A stretch of DNA of 64,000 nucleotides from Candidatus Latescibacterota bacterium (lineage in GTDB: Bacteria; Latescibacterota; UBA2968), in the NCBI GenBank assembly GCA_965204745.1, contig OZ242010.1, forward strand, positions 3,680,001 through 3,744,000. Direction: 5' to 3'. This document shows positions 9,547-18,970 of the stretch, one piece after another. Under the pieces are notes generated by a model. That model was not told where the DNA came from, ran no database searches, and worked only from the letters and a program-made list of their open reading frames with translations. Every line of letters begins with the position of its first letter. The stretch's first letter is position 1. The position numbers and the translations under genes are program-made.

Positions 9547-9821
9547 AATGCGAATTAAGAGTTGAATCCATTGCGTACTTGTCTTTTTTTGGACCTACCC
9601 CCCTAACCCCCGTTACTCGCTACGCTTCGTTGTAGGCTACGCCTGTGCCTGCGAGGAAGGGGGGAATAACATCTCTCCGTTGCGGGGATGAACCGGAGGA
9701 GGGAACATCGTTTTTTTTAGACAAGTTCTAAGGGGCGATCCTATAATGGATGAGTCGTTCATGTCTTTGGACGATTGGTTGCGGCTTGCTTCTTACTCGC
9801 TTTCTACTCTTAATTCGCATT
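9547..9821. mobile_element. MITE-like element B (20-bp TIR)
   Basis: AATGCGAATTAAGAGTTGAA ... TTCTACTCTTAATTCGCATT (1 mismatch); carries an inverted copy of the module at about 820-890 in MITE A copy 1; TSD not evident. Confidence 0.65.
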
Positions 9822-10170
9822 GACCACTGACCGCTTGGGGTGCTGGGTAGCCCTCTTACGTCTTCCCTCTCCCGTCTCACTTGCGGAAGGGCGGTGCGGG
9901 GACTGACTACTGACTACTGACTACTGACTACTGACTACTTGGGGTGCTAGGCGGTCCTCTTGTATCTTTGGGCGAGCACGGGGGCATCGCCCCTACATAT
10001 ATATCGCTCACCTTTGAACTGGCTATCGCCAGTTGTACACCGCTCGTGCCTTCTGTGCCTTTTGTGGCTAAAATCCCGTCTTCCCTCTCCCGTCTCACTT
10101 GCGGAAGGGCGGCGCGGGGACTGACAACTGACAACTGACAACTGACAACTGACAACTGACAACTGACAAC
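9822..10170. repeat. Composite intergenic repeat: two copies of CCCTCTCCCGTCTCACTTGCGGAAGGGCGG..GCGGGGA followed by (CTGACTA)5 and (CTGACAA)7, plus a GTAG-type REP at 9970-9996
   Basis: Modules recur at 21329-21580, 22381-22511 and 51276-51441. Confidence 0.85.
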
Positions 10171-11346
10171 GGCGTTGTTGCATAAATGTTGTCGTGGCTA
10201 AGTTCGTCCCTTTCCCGCGAAATTTAAGCCCTTCTTTCTATGGGATAGGACACGGGTTTCGCGATCCTCATCATGCGATTGAGCACCGCACATCCCAACC
10301 GTGCTTCCGTTTCTTGGTTCTTCTTTTTTCGTGCGCGCAACTGCCGCCCAATGAGTTGTTTGTAGCGGCCTATGTGGGTTTCAACGACCGAGCGACGATG
10401 ATAGCCACTGGTGCGTTTCCACTGTCGGCGGCCTTGACGCCGGATGGCTCGGATGATTTCATCGCGGGCGAGGGGGGGTGCCTTCCTGTTTCCGTGTTGT
10501 TCAATTTTGGCATCATGGCGCGGGGGAATCAGAGGTCGGATGGGGGCTCCTTGTTTGGGGGCGGCGCATGTGTTGAAGACCTTGCGTTTGTCATAGCCGC
10601 CATCGGCGCCCAGCGTATGGACAGGGGCCGGGACTTGATCGAGCAAGGGGTTGACCTGCGAAGCGTCATCAACGCTTGCCGAGGTCAGGGTCTGTGCGAC
10701 AATCTCCCCGGTGGCCTCATCGACGCCGATGTGCAATTTGCGCCAAGTCCGGCGCTTGCAAAAGCCGTGTTGACGCACCTTCCATTCGCCTTCGCCATAC
10801 ACTTTCAGGCCGGTAGAATCCACCACCAAGTGGATCGGCTCGTGACGGGATTGGACAGGTAAATCCACGTTCAAATCGCCCTGTCGCCGGCAGAGGGTCG
10901 TGTGATCGGGCACACGCAAATCCACCCCCATCAATGCCAGGATGGACTTGAGAAACCCCTCGGTTTGACGCAGGGGCAAGGCATAGACCAAGCGCACCAT
11001 CAATGCCGTTTGAATAGCCAAATCTGAAAAGGTGTTTTGCCGCCCCCGTTGCGTTGGCCCTTGATGGTACCAGTTCCGAAGGGCTTGCGGCGTGATCCAA
11101 AACGTCAGACTGCCCCGCTGCTTGAGACCGGCCTCGTAGGCCGCCCAGTTCCTAACCCGATAGACAGGCGCACAGCGCGGGCGACGCGGGGACTTGACGG
11201 CGGGTTTGGAAGCGGTTATCTTGGGCATGACAGGTTCCTGGTGAGAAAGGGTGAGTTGTTTTGGTGATCTATATGCCCAATCTACGAAGGAGCCTGTCTT
11301 TTTGCAATCCCAACTTGCAGGAAATTGCTATTTATGCAACAACGCC
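10171..11346 (-). mobile_element. IS5 family, IS903 group insertion sequence
   Basis: Perfect 17-bp TIR GGCGTTGTTGCATAAAT; ACTGACAAC on both sides, consistent with a 9-bp TSD. Confidence 0.95.
10224..11228 (-). CDS. IS903-like DDE transposase
   Basis: YRVRNWAAY, LVVDSTGLKVYGEGEWK, ADGGYD, GYHRRSVVE motifs. Confidence 0.95.
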   Translation of the reverse strand: MPKITASKPAVKSPRRPRCAPVYRVRNWAAYEAGLKQRGSLTFWITPQALRNWYHQGPTQRGRQNTFSDLAIQTALMVRLVYALPLRQTEGFLKSILALMGVDLRVPDHTTLCRRQGDLNVDLPVQSRHEPIHLVVDSTGLKVYGEGEWKVRQHGFCKRRTWRKLHIGVDEATGEIVAQTLTSASVDDASQVNPLLDQVPAPVHTLGADGGYDKRKVFNTCAAPKQGAPIRPLIPPRHDAKIEQHGNRKAPPLARDEIIRAIRRQGRRQWKRTSGYHRRSVVETHIGRYKQLIGRQLRARKKKNQETEARLGCAVLNRMMRIAKPVSYPIERRA

Positions 11347-11347
11347 A

Positions 11348-11403
11348 CTGACAACTGACAACTGACAACTGACAACTGACAACTGACAACTGACAACTGA
11401 CCA
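11348..11403. repeat. Right half of the IS-interrupted heptamer array: (CTGACAA)7 CTGACCA
   Basis: Counted directly. Confidence 0.95.
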
Positions 11404-11416
11404 CTGGAGCCTCTCT

Positions 11417-12409
11417 ATGCTACGCACCTGCGTCATCGGCCTCGGCCCAATCGGCAACCGGCACGCCGACATCTACGTCGAAAATGAACGCGCCGAACTC
11501 ATCGGCGTGTGCGACATTGACGAAACCCGCGCCAATGCCGCCGCCGCCCGCTTGGGCATAACCGCATTTTACAATGTTCAGAAAATGCTCGATGAATGCC
11601 GGCCCGATGTGGTCAGCGTGGCCACGGGCGGGTATGAATACAGCAGCGACCACTACGCGCCCACCATGCAAGCCCTCGAGGCGGGTTGCCACGTCTTAGG
11701 CGAAAAGCCCATCTCCAACAGCATTGCCCACGGCGGAGAAATGGTCGCCAAAGCCAAAGAAATGGGCGTGTGTTATGGCATTGACCTCAACCACCGCTTT
11801 ACCCCTGCGGCGCGCCTCGCCAAGAAGTGGGTGGACGAAGGCCGCTTGGGCCATCTGCTCTTTGTCAACATGGCGATGTGGATCATGAACCCGGCAGAGA
11901 GTTCGCCGTATTACCACCTCAAAGCCCTGCATCCGCACACGATTGACGTGATGCGCTATTTTTGCGGGGATGTGGAAGCGGTTCACTGTTTTGCCACCAA
12001 AGCGCCGGGGCGCGCGATCTGGTCGACCGCGCAGTTCAACATGCGGTTCACAAACGGCGTGGTCGGCTCGCTCACGGGCAGTTACGACATCGAGCGCGGC
12101 CATCCGATGGAACGTTGCGAAGTCGCAGGCACAGGCGGGCGGTTTGTCCTCGAAGACATGTGGCACGAACTCACCTTGTACCCGGCGGGCGAGTTGGAAA
12201 AAACCGTGTACACGGACCCGGCATTTGGCGGGTTTGGCGATTTTATCGACACGTTCCGAGACCGCATCGACACCTTTCTCCGCGAGGTCGGCGCCGGGGT
12301 CGCGCCCGAGGATATCGACGGCTCTGCCGAAGATGCCTTGGCCGCGCAAAAAGTCATTGCCGCAGCCATAGAATCGCTGGATGCGGAAACCGTTGTTTAC
12401 GTGAAATAG
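11417..12409 (+). CDS. Gfo/Idh/MocA oxidoreductase
   Basis: GLGPIG Rossmann motif, EKP, H..D. Confidence 0.9.
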   Translation: MLRTCVIGLGPIGNRHADIYVENERAELIGVCDIDETRANAAAARLGITAFYNVQKMLDECRPDVVSVATGGYEYSSDHYAPTMQALEAGCHVLGEKPISNSIAHGGEMVAKAKEMGVCYGIDLNHRFTPAARLAKKWVDEGRLGHLLFVNMAMWIMNPAESSPYYHLKALHPHTIDVMRYFCGDVEAVHCFATKAPGRAIWSTAQFNMRFTNGVVGSLTGSYDIERGHPMERCEVAGTGGRFVLEDMWHELTLYPAGELEKTVYTDPAFGGFGDFIDTFRDRIDTFLREVGAGVAPEDIDGSAEDALAAQKVIAAAIESLDAETVVYVK

Positions 12410-12417
12410 GAGTCATC

Positions 12418-13467
12418 ATGGACAAAGTTCACATCGGCGTCATCAGCCACGCGCACGGACACATCAACACCTATTGCGGTCAGATGCAGCAATTTGACGA
12501 CGTGGCACTCGTCGCCACCTGGGACGACAATGAAGACCGCGGGCGCGCCAATGCCGACAAATTCGGTTTGGAATTTCGCACGTCAGCAGACGCGGTGCTC
12601 AACGATCCCGACATCGACACGGTCATGATCGGCATCGAGACCAACCGGCATGCGGACTACGCGCAGATGGCCGCACAGGCGGGCAAAAACATCTTGCTTC
12701 AAAAACCCATGGCCACCACCCTCGAAGATTGCGACCGAATCATCGACGCGGTGAACGACTCGGGCGTCAAGTTCAGCATGGCCTTTCAGATGCGCCAGGA
12801 TCCGGTCAATCGCAAAATCAAAGCCCTGGTGGAGCGCGGCACAGTGGGCGAGATCGCGGTTGTTCGCCGGCGACATTGCATCCCGGTGTTGCTCAATCCC
12901 CGCTTTGCCACGAGCGCGTCCAAATGGCACCTCGACCCGGTCGCCAACATCGGCATGTATTTCGACGACGCCATCCACGCCGCGGACTGGTTCTACTGGA
13001 TCTTTGGCCGCCCGGTGTCCGTGATGGCCGAGATCGACAGCGTTGTGACGAATTTCGCGCCCGACGACAATGGCGTCGCGATTTTCCGGTTTGAAACCGG
13101 GATGATGGGCATTTTGTTCAACGGCTCGACCACGGTCGCAGGCGTCAACACCACGGAAATCTACGGGGACGAGGGCAGCATCATCCAAGACTACGGGGAC
13201 GCGCCTTCCACGTCTGCGCCGCGTGCCCAAGACGCTGTGCCGCTCAAGTACATCCGGCGCGGCGACGAGTGCTGGACCGAGTTCAAAATGGACATTCCCA
13301 GCGGGCAGGGCGAGCGCATCGCGGCCATTCCCCGGCCGTTCATCGACTACATCCGCGGCCTGAGCGACGAGCGCGTCTCTGCGGAAGATGGGCGCGTTTC
13401 CGTAGAAATGATCCTCGCCGCCTATCAATCGGCCAAAGACGGCCGCCGAATTTATTTTTCGGATTGA
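12418..13467 (+). CDS. Gfo/Idh/MocA oxidoreductase
   Basis: SD AGGAG then MDKVHIG; QKPMA and DDAIHAAD motifs. Confidence 0.88.
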   Translation: MDKVHIGVISHAHGHINTYCGQMQQFDDVALVATWDDNEDRGRANADKFGLEFRTSADAVLNDPDIDTVMIGIETNRHADYAQMAAQAGKNILLQKPMATTLEDCDRIIDAVNDSGVKFSMAFQMRQDPVNRKIKALVERGTVGEIAVVRRRHCIPVLLNPRFATSASKWHLDPVANIGMYFDDAIHAADWFYWIFGRPVSVMAEIDSVVTNFAPDDNGVAIFRFETGMMGILFNGSTTVAGVNTTEIYGDEGSIIQDYGDAPSTSAPRAQDAVPLKYIRRGDECWTEFKMDIPSGQGERIAAIPRPFIDYIRGLSDERVSAEDGRVSVEMILAAYQSAKDGRRIYFSD

Positions 13468-13554
13468 GAGGAGAGAAACGCGGAGAAATCGTCCGCATTG
13501 AAGCACGCCCGTAGTTTTGTTTTTCAACGCCAATCCTCATTCAAAGGACAACCC

Positions 13555-14199
13555 ATGCATCAAACCTATCCGGATCTCGACGCGTACAGGCGGGAGGTTT
13601 TCGCCCGTGAAGATGAGTTGCTCAAGGGCCTTATGCCCGCAGCGGTCGAACAGGGCATTCCGCGCATCTCCGTCAGCCCCGAAGCCGGGCAAACCCTGTA
13701 TTTGCTCGCCAAAGCCATCGGCGCGAAAAAAATCCTCGAATTTGGCGCGCTCGCCGGCTACTCGGGCATCTGGCTCGCCCGCGCCCTGCCCGCAGACGGT
13801 CGATTCATCACCTTGGAAATCGAACCCAAACACGCCGAAGTCACGCGGCGCAATTACGAAAACGCCGGGCTGTCAGCCCGAACAGAAGTGCGGTTGGGAG
13901 ACGGGGCAACCCTGATGAAAGACGCGGTGCAGGACGGCCCGTTTGACCTCGTCTTCATCGACGCAGACAAGGAAAACTATCCCACGTACCTCGACTTTGC
14001 CCTTGAAAACACGCGCCCGGGCGGCCTCATCATCGCCGACAATGCCAACGGGCACGGGCACGCGCACCGCGCACTTCCCAAAGGCGACGGTCGCCGCGGC
14101 ATCCAGGACTACAACCACCGAGTCGCCAACCATCCCAAACTCGTCTCCAACATCATCCCGGTCGGGGGCTGGCTCGCGGTCTCGCTCGTTTTGGAATGA
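13555..14199 (+). CDS. O-methyltransferase (caffeoyl-CoA OMT/Methyltransf_3 family)
   Basis: EFGALAGYS, FIDADKENY, GGLIIADN. Confidence 0.9.
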   Translation: MHQTYPDLDAYRREVFAREDELLKGLMPAAVEQGIPRISVSPEAGQTLYLLAKAIGAKKILEFGALAGYSGIWLARALPADGRFITLEIEPKHAEVTRRNYENAGLSARTEVRLGDGATLMKDAVQDGPFDLVFIDADKENYPTYLDFALENTRPGGLIIADNANGHGHAHRALPKGDGRRGIQDYNHRVANHPKLVSNIIPVGGWLAVSLVLE

Positions 14200-14246
14200 A
14201 TGGTAGGGACATGGCCCCGTGCTCACCCGAAGAAAGGAGGTCGCGC

Positions 14247-14717
14247 ATGGCGTTTGAAGCGCGGATCGAAGGCATCTTTATCGACAGCCAATTTGAAGAG
14301 CAAGTCGTCATGCTCAAAGAAAAGGATGGGCACCGCCGCGTGCCCATCTGGATTCAAATGGGCGAAATGCTCGCGCTCGCCCTTCAGTTGGCCGGCACTG
14401 AACCCCCGCGGCCGTTTGCACACGACTTGATCCGCACGGTCCTCCGCAACCTGCAAGCGCGTGTTCGCCATGTGGTCATCGCGGATATCGTCGATCACAT
14501 CTACCACGCGCGCGTGTCTCTCACAGCGCCCGAAACCCCTTTGGACGTTGACGCCCGGCCGAGCGACGCGATCTTGCTGGCACTCAAATTCGACGCGCCC
14601 ATTTACGTCGCCAATCGGGTCGCAGACAAGAACGCCGCACGCGACTACTCGCCCGAACTCCTGCAACAACGGCTACAACAACTGCGCCCGGAAGATTTTA
14701 TCAACTTCGTCCGATGA
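14247..14717 (+). CDS. Bifunctional nuclease family (DUF151)
   Basis: PIWI, PPRPFAHDL, DARPSDAI; SD AGGAGG. Confidence 0.88.
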   Translation: MAFEARIEGIFIDSQFEEQVVMLKEKDGHRRVPIWIQMGEMLALALQLAGTEPPRPFAHDLIRTVLRNLQARVRHVVIADIVDHIYHARVSLTAPETPLDVDARPSDAILLALKFDAPIYVANRVADKNAARDYSPELLQQRLQQLRPEDFINFVR

Positions 14718-15925
14718 AAAAATTACCCATACTCCTGCTTTGCCTCTGCATTCAGGCGTCCGCAGAGCGAGCCGGTCGAGAATTGCCCGCACGCCATAAA
14801 ATCGGCATCATCGCCCCGTTGGGCACGCCACACGGCGAAGCCCTACGCAACGGCATTTTGATCGCCCGCGACCACACCCCCCTCGCAGAACCGGTCGGCT
14901 TGGTATTTGAAGACTCTGAAGGCGATCCCATTCGCGCAGTGCGCGCCGCGCAACGCCTCGTTGAAGACCGCGAGGTCATCGCGATCATCGGCGCGCTCAC
15001 CAGCGCGGAAACCACGCCTATCGCGGCCCTGCTCGGCGTGCAAGAAATGCCCTTGGTGGCCCCAACCGCGTCAGACGACGGCATTGCCTCGCTCAGCCCG
15101 TACATTTTTCAAGTCAACGCCACCCCCGGCGCGCAGGGCCGCCGCATCGCAGAACACGCTGTACGCGAACAGGGCTTGCGAACACTGGCAACCCTCGCGT
15201 CTCGAGATGGGTATGGCAGGCGCATCGCCCGCGAATTTACGACCAAAGCCGAGGATCTCGGCGCCGAGGTCCTCATCCAAGAATGGTACGAGCCGGGCAC
15301 GACGGACTATCGCCGCCAATTCGAGCGCATTCGCAGCATGGGCTTGGCACTGCGTCCGCCCGCTGACCTCGCTTCGGAAATTGACGCTTTGATCCTCGGC
15401 GATTTGTACGTCGCACCGCCCCTGGTCGAGGTCGATCCGGATACGGCCCAAGCCGACGTGGTCGAGACCTTAGACGGCATTCTCATCGCGGGCGATGATG
15501 CGGACATCTTGCTCATCGCCCCGCAATTTCACTCCGCACTGGTCGCTTCCCAAGTGCTCGGCAGCGATGGTTGGAACCACGCCGAAGTCGCGCGAGATGG
15601 CGGCACTTACGTGGAGGGCGCGGTTTTTGTCGGCAAATACTACGAACAAAGTCCCCTCGAATCCGTGCAATTTTTCGTCAACGCGTACCGCTCGCGCTTT
15701 GGCACGGACCAAAATATCGTCTCGGCCCTCGGGCACGACGCCATGCTGTCAATCCTGCACGGCATCAACGCAGGCGGCACCACCCGCGCCCTCCTGCGCG
15801 ACCGCCTCGAAACCCTGACCGACCTCCCCGGCGCAACCGGCAAAATCTCCTTTGCCCCAGGCAATCGAGAAAATGGCTGGCTACACATGCTCACCATCCG
15901 GAAGGGGAAAATAGAACTGTATTGA
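14714..15925 (+). CDS. Periplasmic binding protein type 1 / LpoA-like protein
   Basis: Signal peptide; IGIIAPLG, IIGALTS, GSDGW, GHDA, GATGKISF. Confidence 0.75.
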   Translation: MKKLPILLLCLCIQASAERAGRELPARHKIGIIAPLGTPHGEALRNGILIARDHTPLAEPVGLVFEDSEGDPIRAVRAAQRLVEDREVIAIIGALTSAETTPIAALLGVQEMPLVAPTASDDGIASLSPYIFQVNATPGAQGRRIAEHAVREQGLRTLATLASRDGYGRRIAREFTTKAEDLGAEVLIQEWYEPGTTDYRRQFERIRSMGLALRPPADLASEIDALILGDLYVAPPLVEVDPDTAQADVVETLDGILIAGDDADILLIAPQFHSALVASQVLGSDGWNHAEVARDGGTYVEGAVFVGKYYEQSPLESVQFFVNAYRSRFGTDQNIVSALGHDAMLSILHGINAGGTTRALLRDRLETLTDLPGATGKISFAPGNRENGWLHMLTIRKGKIELY

Positions 15926-15993
15926 GGCGAAAGAGGCGAGAATAGAAGGGCGCGGCCCCGTGTGGTCATCACCCATAACATCGAGGAGAGGCA

Positions 15994-16344
15994 ATGATCA
16001 ATTTTTACACATGGAGCAGATGAAGCACCTGTCGCAAGGTGAAAGCGTGGCTTTCGCGAGAAGGTGTGGAGGTGGTGGAGCGGGACTTTTTTCGGGATGG
16101 ATTTACAGAGTCAGAGCTTCGAGCTTTGCTCGGGGACATGCCGCCGGGCGACGTCTTCTCGTGGCGCAGTCCGTCTGCGCGTGCGCTGAACCTCGACCGC
16201 GATGCGGTGTCCGCAGATGAACTGATTCGCCTGATGGTGGAACAACCTCGCCTGATCCGCCGGCCCTTGATCCGCGCAGGCGGGCGCCTGATGGTGGGCA
16301 CGGACAAGGCGGCGATGGCAGAGGTCTTTCCCGGTTTCGCGTGA
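15994..16344 (+). CDS. ArsC/Spx-family selenoprotein candidate (UxxC)
   Basis: SD GAGGAG, then MINFYTWSR-TGA-STCRKVKAWL; TGA at 16021 aligns with the first Cys of CxxC; PRLIRRPL motif; downstream hairpin. Confidence 0.8.
16032..16059 (+). promoter_or_regulatory. Putative bacterial SECIS hairpin
   Basis: TCGC-AAGGT-GAAAGC-GTG-GCTTTC-GCGA; apical loop starts with GU, 23 nt after the UGA. Confidence 0.55.
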
Positions 16345-16371
16345 TGCGCTTGCAAAAAAAGGATTTTGCCG

Positions 16372-18069
16372 ATGAATTTCACCGCCAACAACAACACGTT
16401 TCGCCAGTTGATGGGCAATGGCCTGAGTTATCGCGTGCCGCAATTTCAACGCGATTATTCCTGGGGCCCGGACGAATGGGACGATCTGTGGCAAGACATG
16501 GTCGGGCTGTTTGGCGAAGACCCGGAACCCGCGCATTACATGGGCTACTTGGTGTTGCAATCGTCCGACAACCGGGCGTTCGACATCATCGACGGACAGC
16601 AACGCATGACAACGCTGAGCTTGTTGATGCTGGCGGCAGTGGCGCATCTGAAAGACTTGGCAGTGCCGAATGACCCCAATGATCCGCAACACCGACGCGC
16701 AGAACAACTGCGAAACAATTACATCGGGTACCTCGATCCGGTGACGCTGGTGCCGCGCTCCAAGTTGACGCTGAACCGGCACAACGACCGCTTTTACCAG
16801 AATTACCTCGTGCCCCTTGAGCACCTGCCGCAAAGGGGGCTGAATGCTTCGGAACGCCTATTGCGAAGGGCGTTTCAGTGGTTTGGGGAACGCATCGTGG
16901 CATACGCGGGAAATGATGGCGAAGCGGTGGCGCGCTTTGTCGATAGCGCCGTTGATAAGTTGTTTTTTACGGTGATCACGGTGACGGACGAGTTGAATGC
17001 GTTCAAGGTCTTCGAGACCCTGAATGCGCGGGGCGTGCGCCTGTCTGCCACCGATTTGTTGAAAAACTACCTGTTTTCCATGGTCTCGAGGGACGGCGTA
17101 CACGAATCGGAAATCGAGGCATTAGAAGAACGCTGGGAGAGCATCGTCGGGCTGTTGGGCAGTGAGCGTTTTCCCGAGTTTTTGCGCGTCTATTGGAACA
17201 GCCACAATAGGTTGGTCCGCAAGGCCGATTTGTTCAAAACCATCCGCAATGCGATCCGCGACAAGTCCCAAGCCTTTGCCTTGATCCGCGCGATGGACCG
17301 GCATGCACGGGTGTACGCGGCATTGCGAAACCCAGAAGACGATTCGTGGACAGCCGCAGAGCGCGACAGCCTATCCCAGTTGCTTATGTTCGACGTGCGC
17401 CAGCCCTTGGCCTTATTGCTGGCGGCCTTTGATCGATTCGCCGAAGACGACAGGGCCGGCCTCGGGCGTTTTCTTCGGGCTATTGCCGTGGTGTCTTTCC
17501 GCTACAACGCGATCTGCGGTTACCCGAGCAACGAGCAAGAGACGATGTACAACCGCATCGCACGCAACATATCAACGGGCCAGATCGCCAATGCGACCGC
17601 CGCCATTGCGGAACTGAGGCCGGTTTATCCCGATGACGCAAAATTTAAGGCCGCGTTCGCCGACAAGGTGTTGCGAACCACCAGCAGTCGCGACAAAAAG
17701 GTGGCGCGCTTCATCCTGTTCCGACTCGAGGAGCAGTTGTCCGGCAATCGCTTTGATATTGAGAGCGCGAAATACAACATCGAGCATGTGTTGCCAGAAA
17801 GCCCCGGCAACGGCTGGGACCAATTCGACGATCAGCAACGCGATGCGTTCACCCATCGTTTGGGCAACCTGACGCTTTTGGCAACAGCGGATAATCGCAC
17901 CTTGGGAAATACCTCCTTTTTAGAAAAGCGTCCCATTTACCAAAAAAGCCAATTTGCCATCACGCGCAAATTGGCTGAAAATTTCGATGCCTGGACCGCA
18001 GAAAAAATTCGTTCACACCAGACCTGGATGGGCAAACAAGCCACGGCCATCTGGCGCGTCAATTTCTGA
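16372..18069 (+). CDS. DUF262 + DUF1524 (HNH) GmrSD-like restriction protein
   Basis: VPQFQRDYSW, IIDGQQR, FETLNARG, IEHVLPE...LGNLTLL. Confidence 0.9.
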   Translation: MNFTANNNTFRQLMGNGLSYRVPQFQRDYSWGPDEWDDLWQDMVGLFGEDPEPAHYMGYLVLQSSDNRAFDIIDGQQRMTTLSLLMLAAVAHLKDLAVPNDPNDPQHRRAEQLRNNYIGYLDPVTLVPRSKLTLNRHNDRFYQNYLVPLEHLPQRGLNASERLLRRAFQWFGERIVAYAGNDGEAVARFVDSAVDKLFFTVITVTDELNAFKVFETLNARGVRLSATDLLKNYLFSMVSRDGVHESEIEALEERWESIVGLLGSERFPEFLRVYWNSHNRLVRKADLFKTIRNAIRDKSQAFALIRAMDRHARVYAALRNPEDDSWTAAERDSLSQLLMFDVRQPLALLLAAFDRFAEDDRAGLGRFLRAIAVVSFRYNAICGYPSNEQETMYNRIARNISTGQIANATAAIAELRPVYPDDAKFKAAFADKVLRTTSSRDKKVARFILFRLEEQLSGNRFDIESAKYNIEHVLPESPGNGWDQFDDQQRDAFTHRLGNLTLLATADNRTLGNTSFLEKRPIYQKSQFAITRKLAENFDAWTAEKIRSHQTWMGKQATAIWRVNF

Positions 18070-18160
18070 TAGGGAAGTGATGTCTAGCCAAACCGAGTTG
18101 TCAACGTTTGAGCCGCTGGTATTCCCGACGCGCTTCCATCAGGGAAGGCGGCACAGATCC

Positions 18161-18188
18161 TCAAATTACCGAGCACTCGGTAATTTGA
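18161..18188. promoter_or_regulatory. Perfect 13-bp inverted repeat upstream of the TPR-like gene
   Basis: TCAAATTACCGAG-CA-CTCGGTAATTTGA. Confidence 0.5.
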
Positions 18189-18215
18189 ATCACTCACTTT
18201 TCATGGAGGTGTATC

Positions 18216-18860
18216 ATGTTTCGCATCTTGCTTTTAATTTTCAAGGAGATTTTTGGTAAGCCAGCCCCTCGCGCCCACAAGGCAAGGCAACCTGAAAAGG
18301 AACACAAAGATCGGGGTGAATCGTATGATGAGTTGCTAAAAAAAGCAACAGCACTGAAGCGGCAGGGGGATATTGATGGGGCTTTGGCCCAGATCGACAA
18401 GGCGATCTCCGTGGCCTCTGTGGGCGACCGTGGGCGACCACAGGCCCAAAAAAAGCGCATCTACTACCTCCTTTTGTCAAAAAGACAAGAGGAGGCACTG
18501 AAAACTGCAGGACAGATTATCGCGGAAGCCCCCAACGAAGCCCAAAGCAGAGCTCTTGTTGGGACATGTTATTTTTTTGGTTATGAGCAACGGGCGCGCG
18601 TACTGTTTTCAATGAAAAAGTTTGTCGAGTCGTTTTTGGATCATGTCCGTGCTGTCTGGCACTGGCAGGATGCAATGTCGATTCAGGGCAGAACATCGGA
18701 CGAGCATACACCAGAAAAAGCGGCTGAAACCTTGCGTCAGGAGGCTATGAGATGCAAAATTTCCATTCATGATCCTGATGTTTTCATGGGGGCGGCAATG
18801 GATGGCCTTGACGATCCAGATCCCGAATTGATGGTAGACAGATTCCGTCCACTCTTGTAA
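18216..18860 (+). CDS. Hypothetical protein with TPR-like helices
   Basis: SD GGAGGT; KATALKRQGDIDGALAQIDKAI TPR-like segment. Confidence 0.65.
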   Translation: MFRILLLIFKEIFGKPAPRAHKARQPEKEHKDRGESYDELLKKATALKRQGDIDGALAQIDKAISVASVGDRGRPQAQKKRIYYLLLSKRQEEALKTAGQIIAEAPNEAQSRALVGTCYFFGYEQRARVLFSMKKFVESFLDHVRAVWHWQDAMSIQGRTSDEHTPEKAAETLRQEAMRCKISIHDPDVFMGAAMDGLDDPDPELMVDRFRPLL

Positions 18861-18869
18861 AACCAATCC

Positions 18870-18970
18870 CTGGTCTCTAGGAGGTGATCGAATCCGCGAT
18901 AGCGCAGGAATCGACGCACGAAACAGTCCGTCTGACTATCCTCGCAGAGAAGGACGATACTCACGCTCAT
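18870..18970 (-). pseudogene. 5' stub of the ATPase partner (TOPRIM/DUF4276-like)
   Basis: ATGA overlap with the ATPase stop; MSVSIVLLCEDSQTDCFVRRFL resembles a TOPRIM-like first strand with conserved Glu; the frame then runs into the convergent gene. Confidence 0.55.

Noticed and set aside
10194-10862. 222-aa ORF antisense to the transposase
   Set aside because: Shadow ORF of a GC-rich gene, like most other antisense ORFs in the track.
11962-12417. N-terminal extension of the second oxidoreductase (501-aa call)
   Set aside because: It overlaps the upstream gene; a clear SD and ATG are present at 12418.
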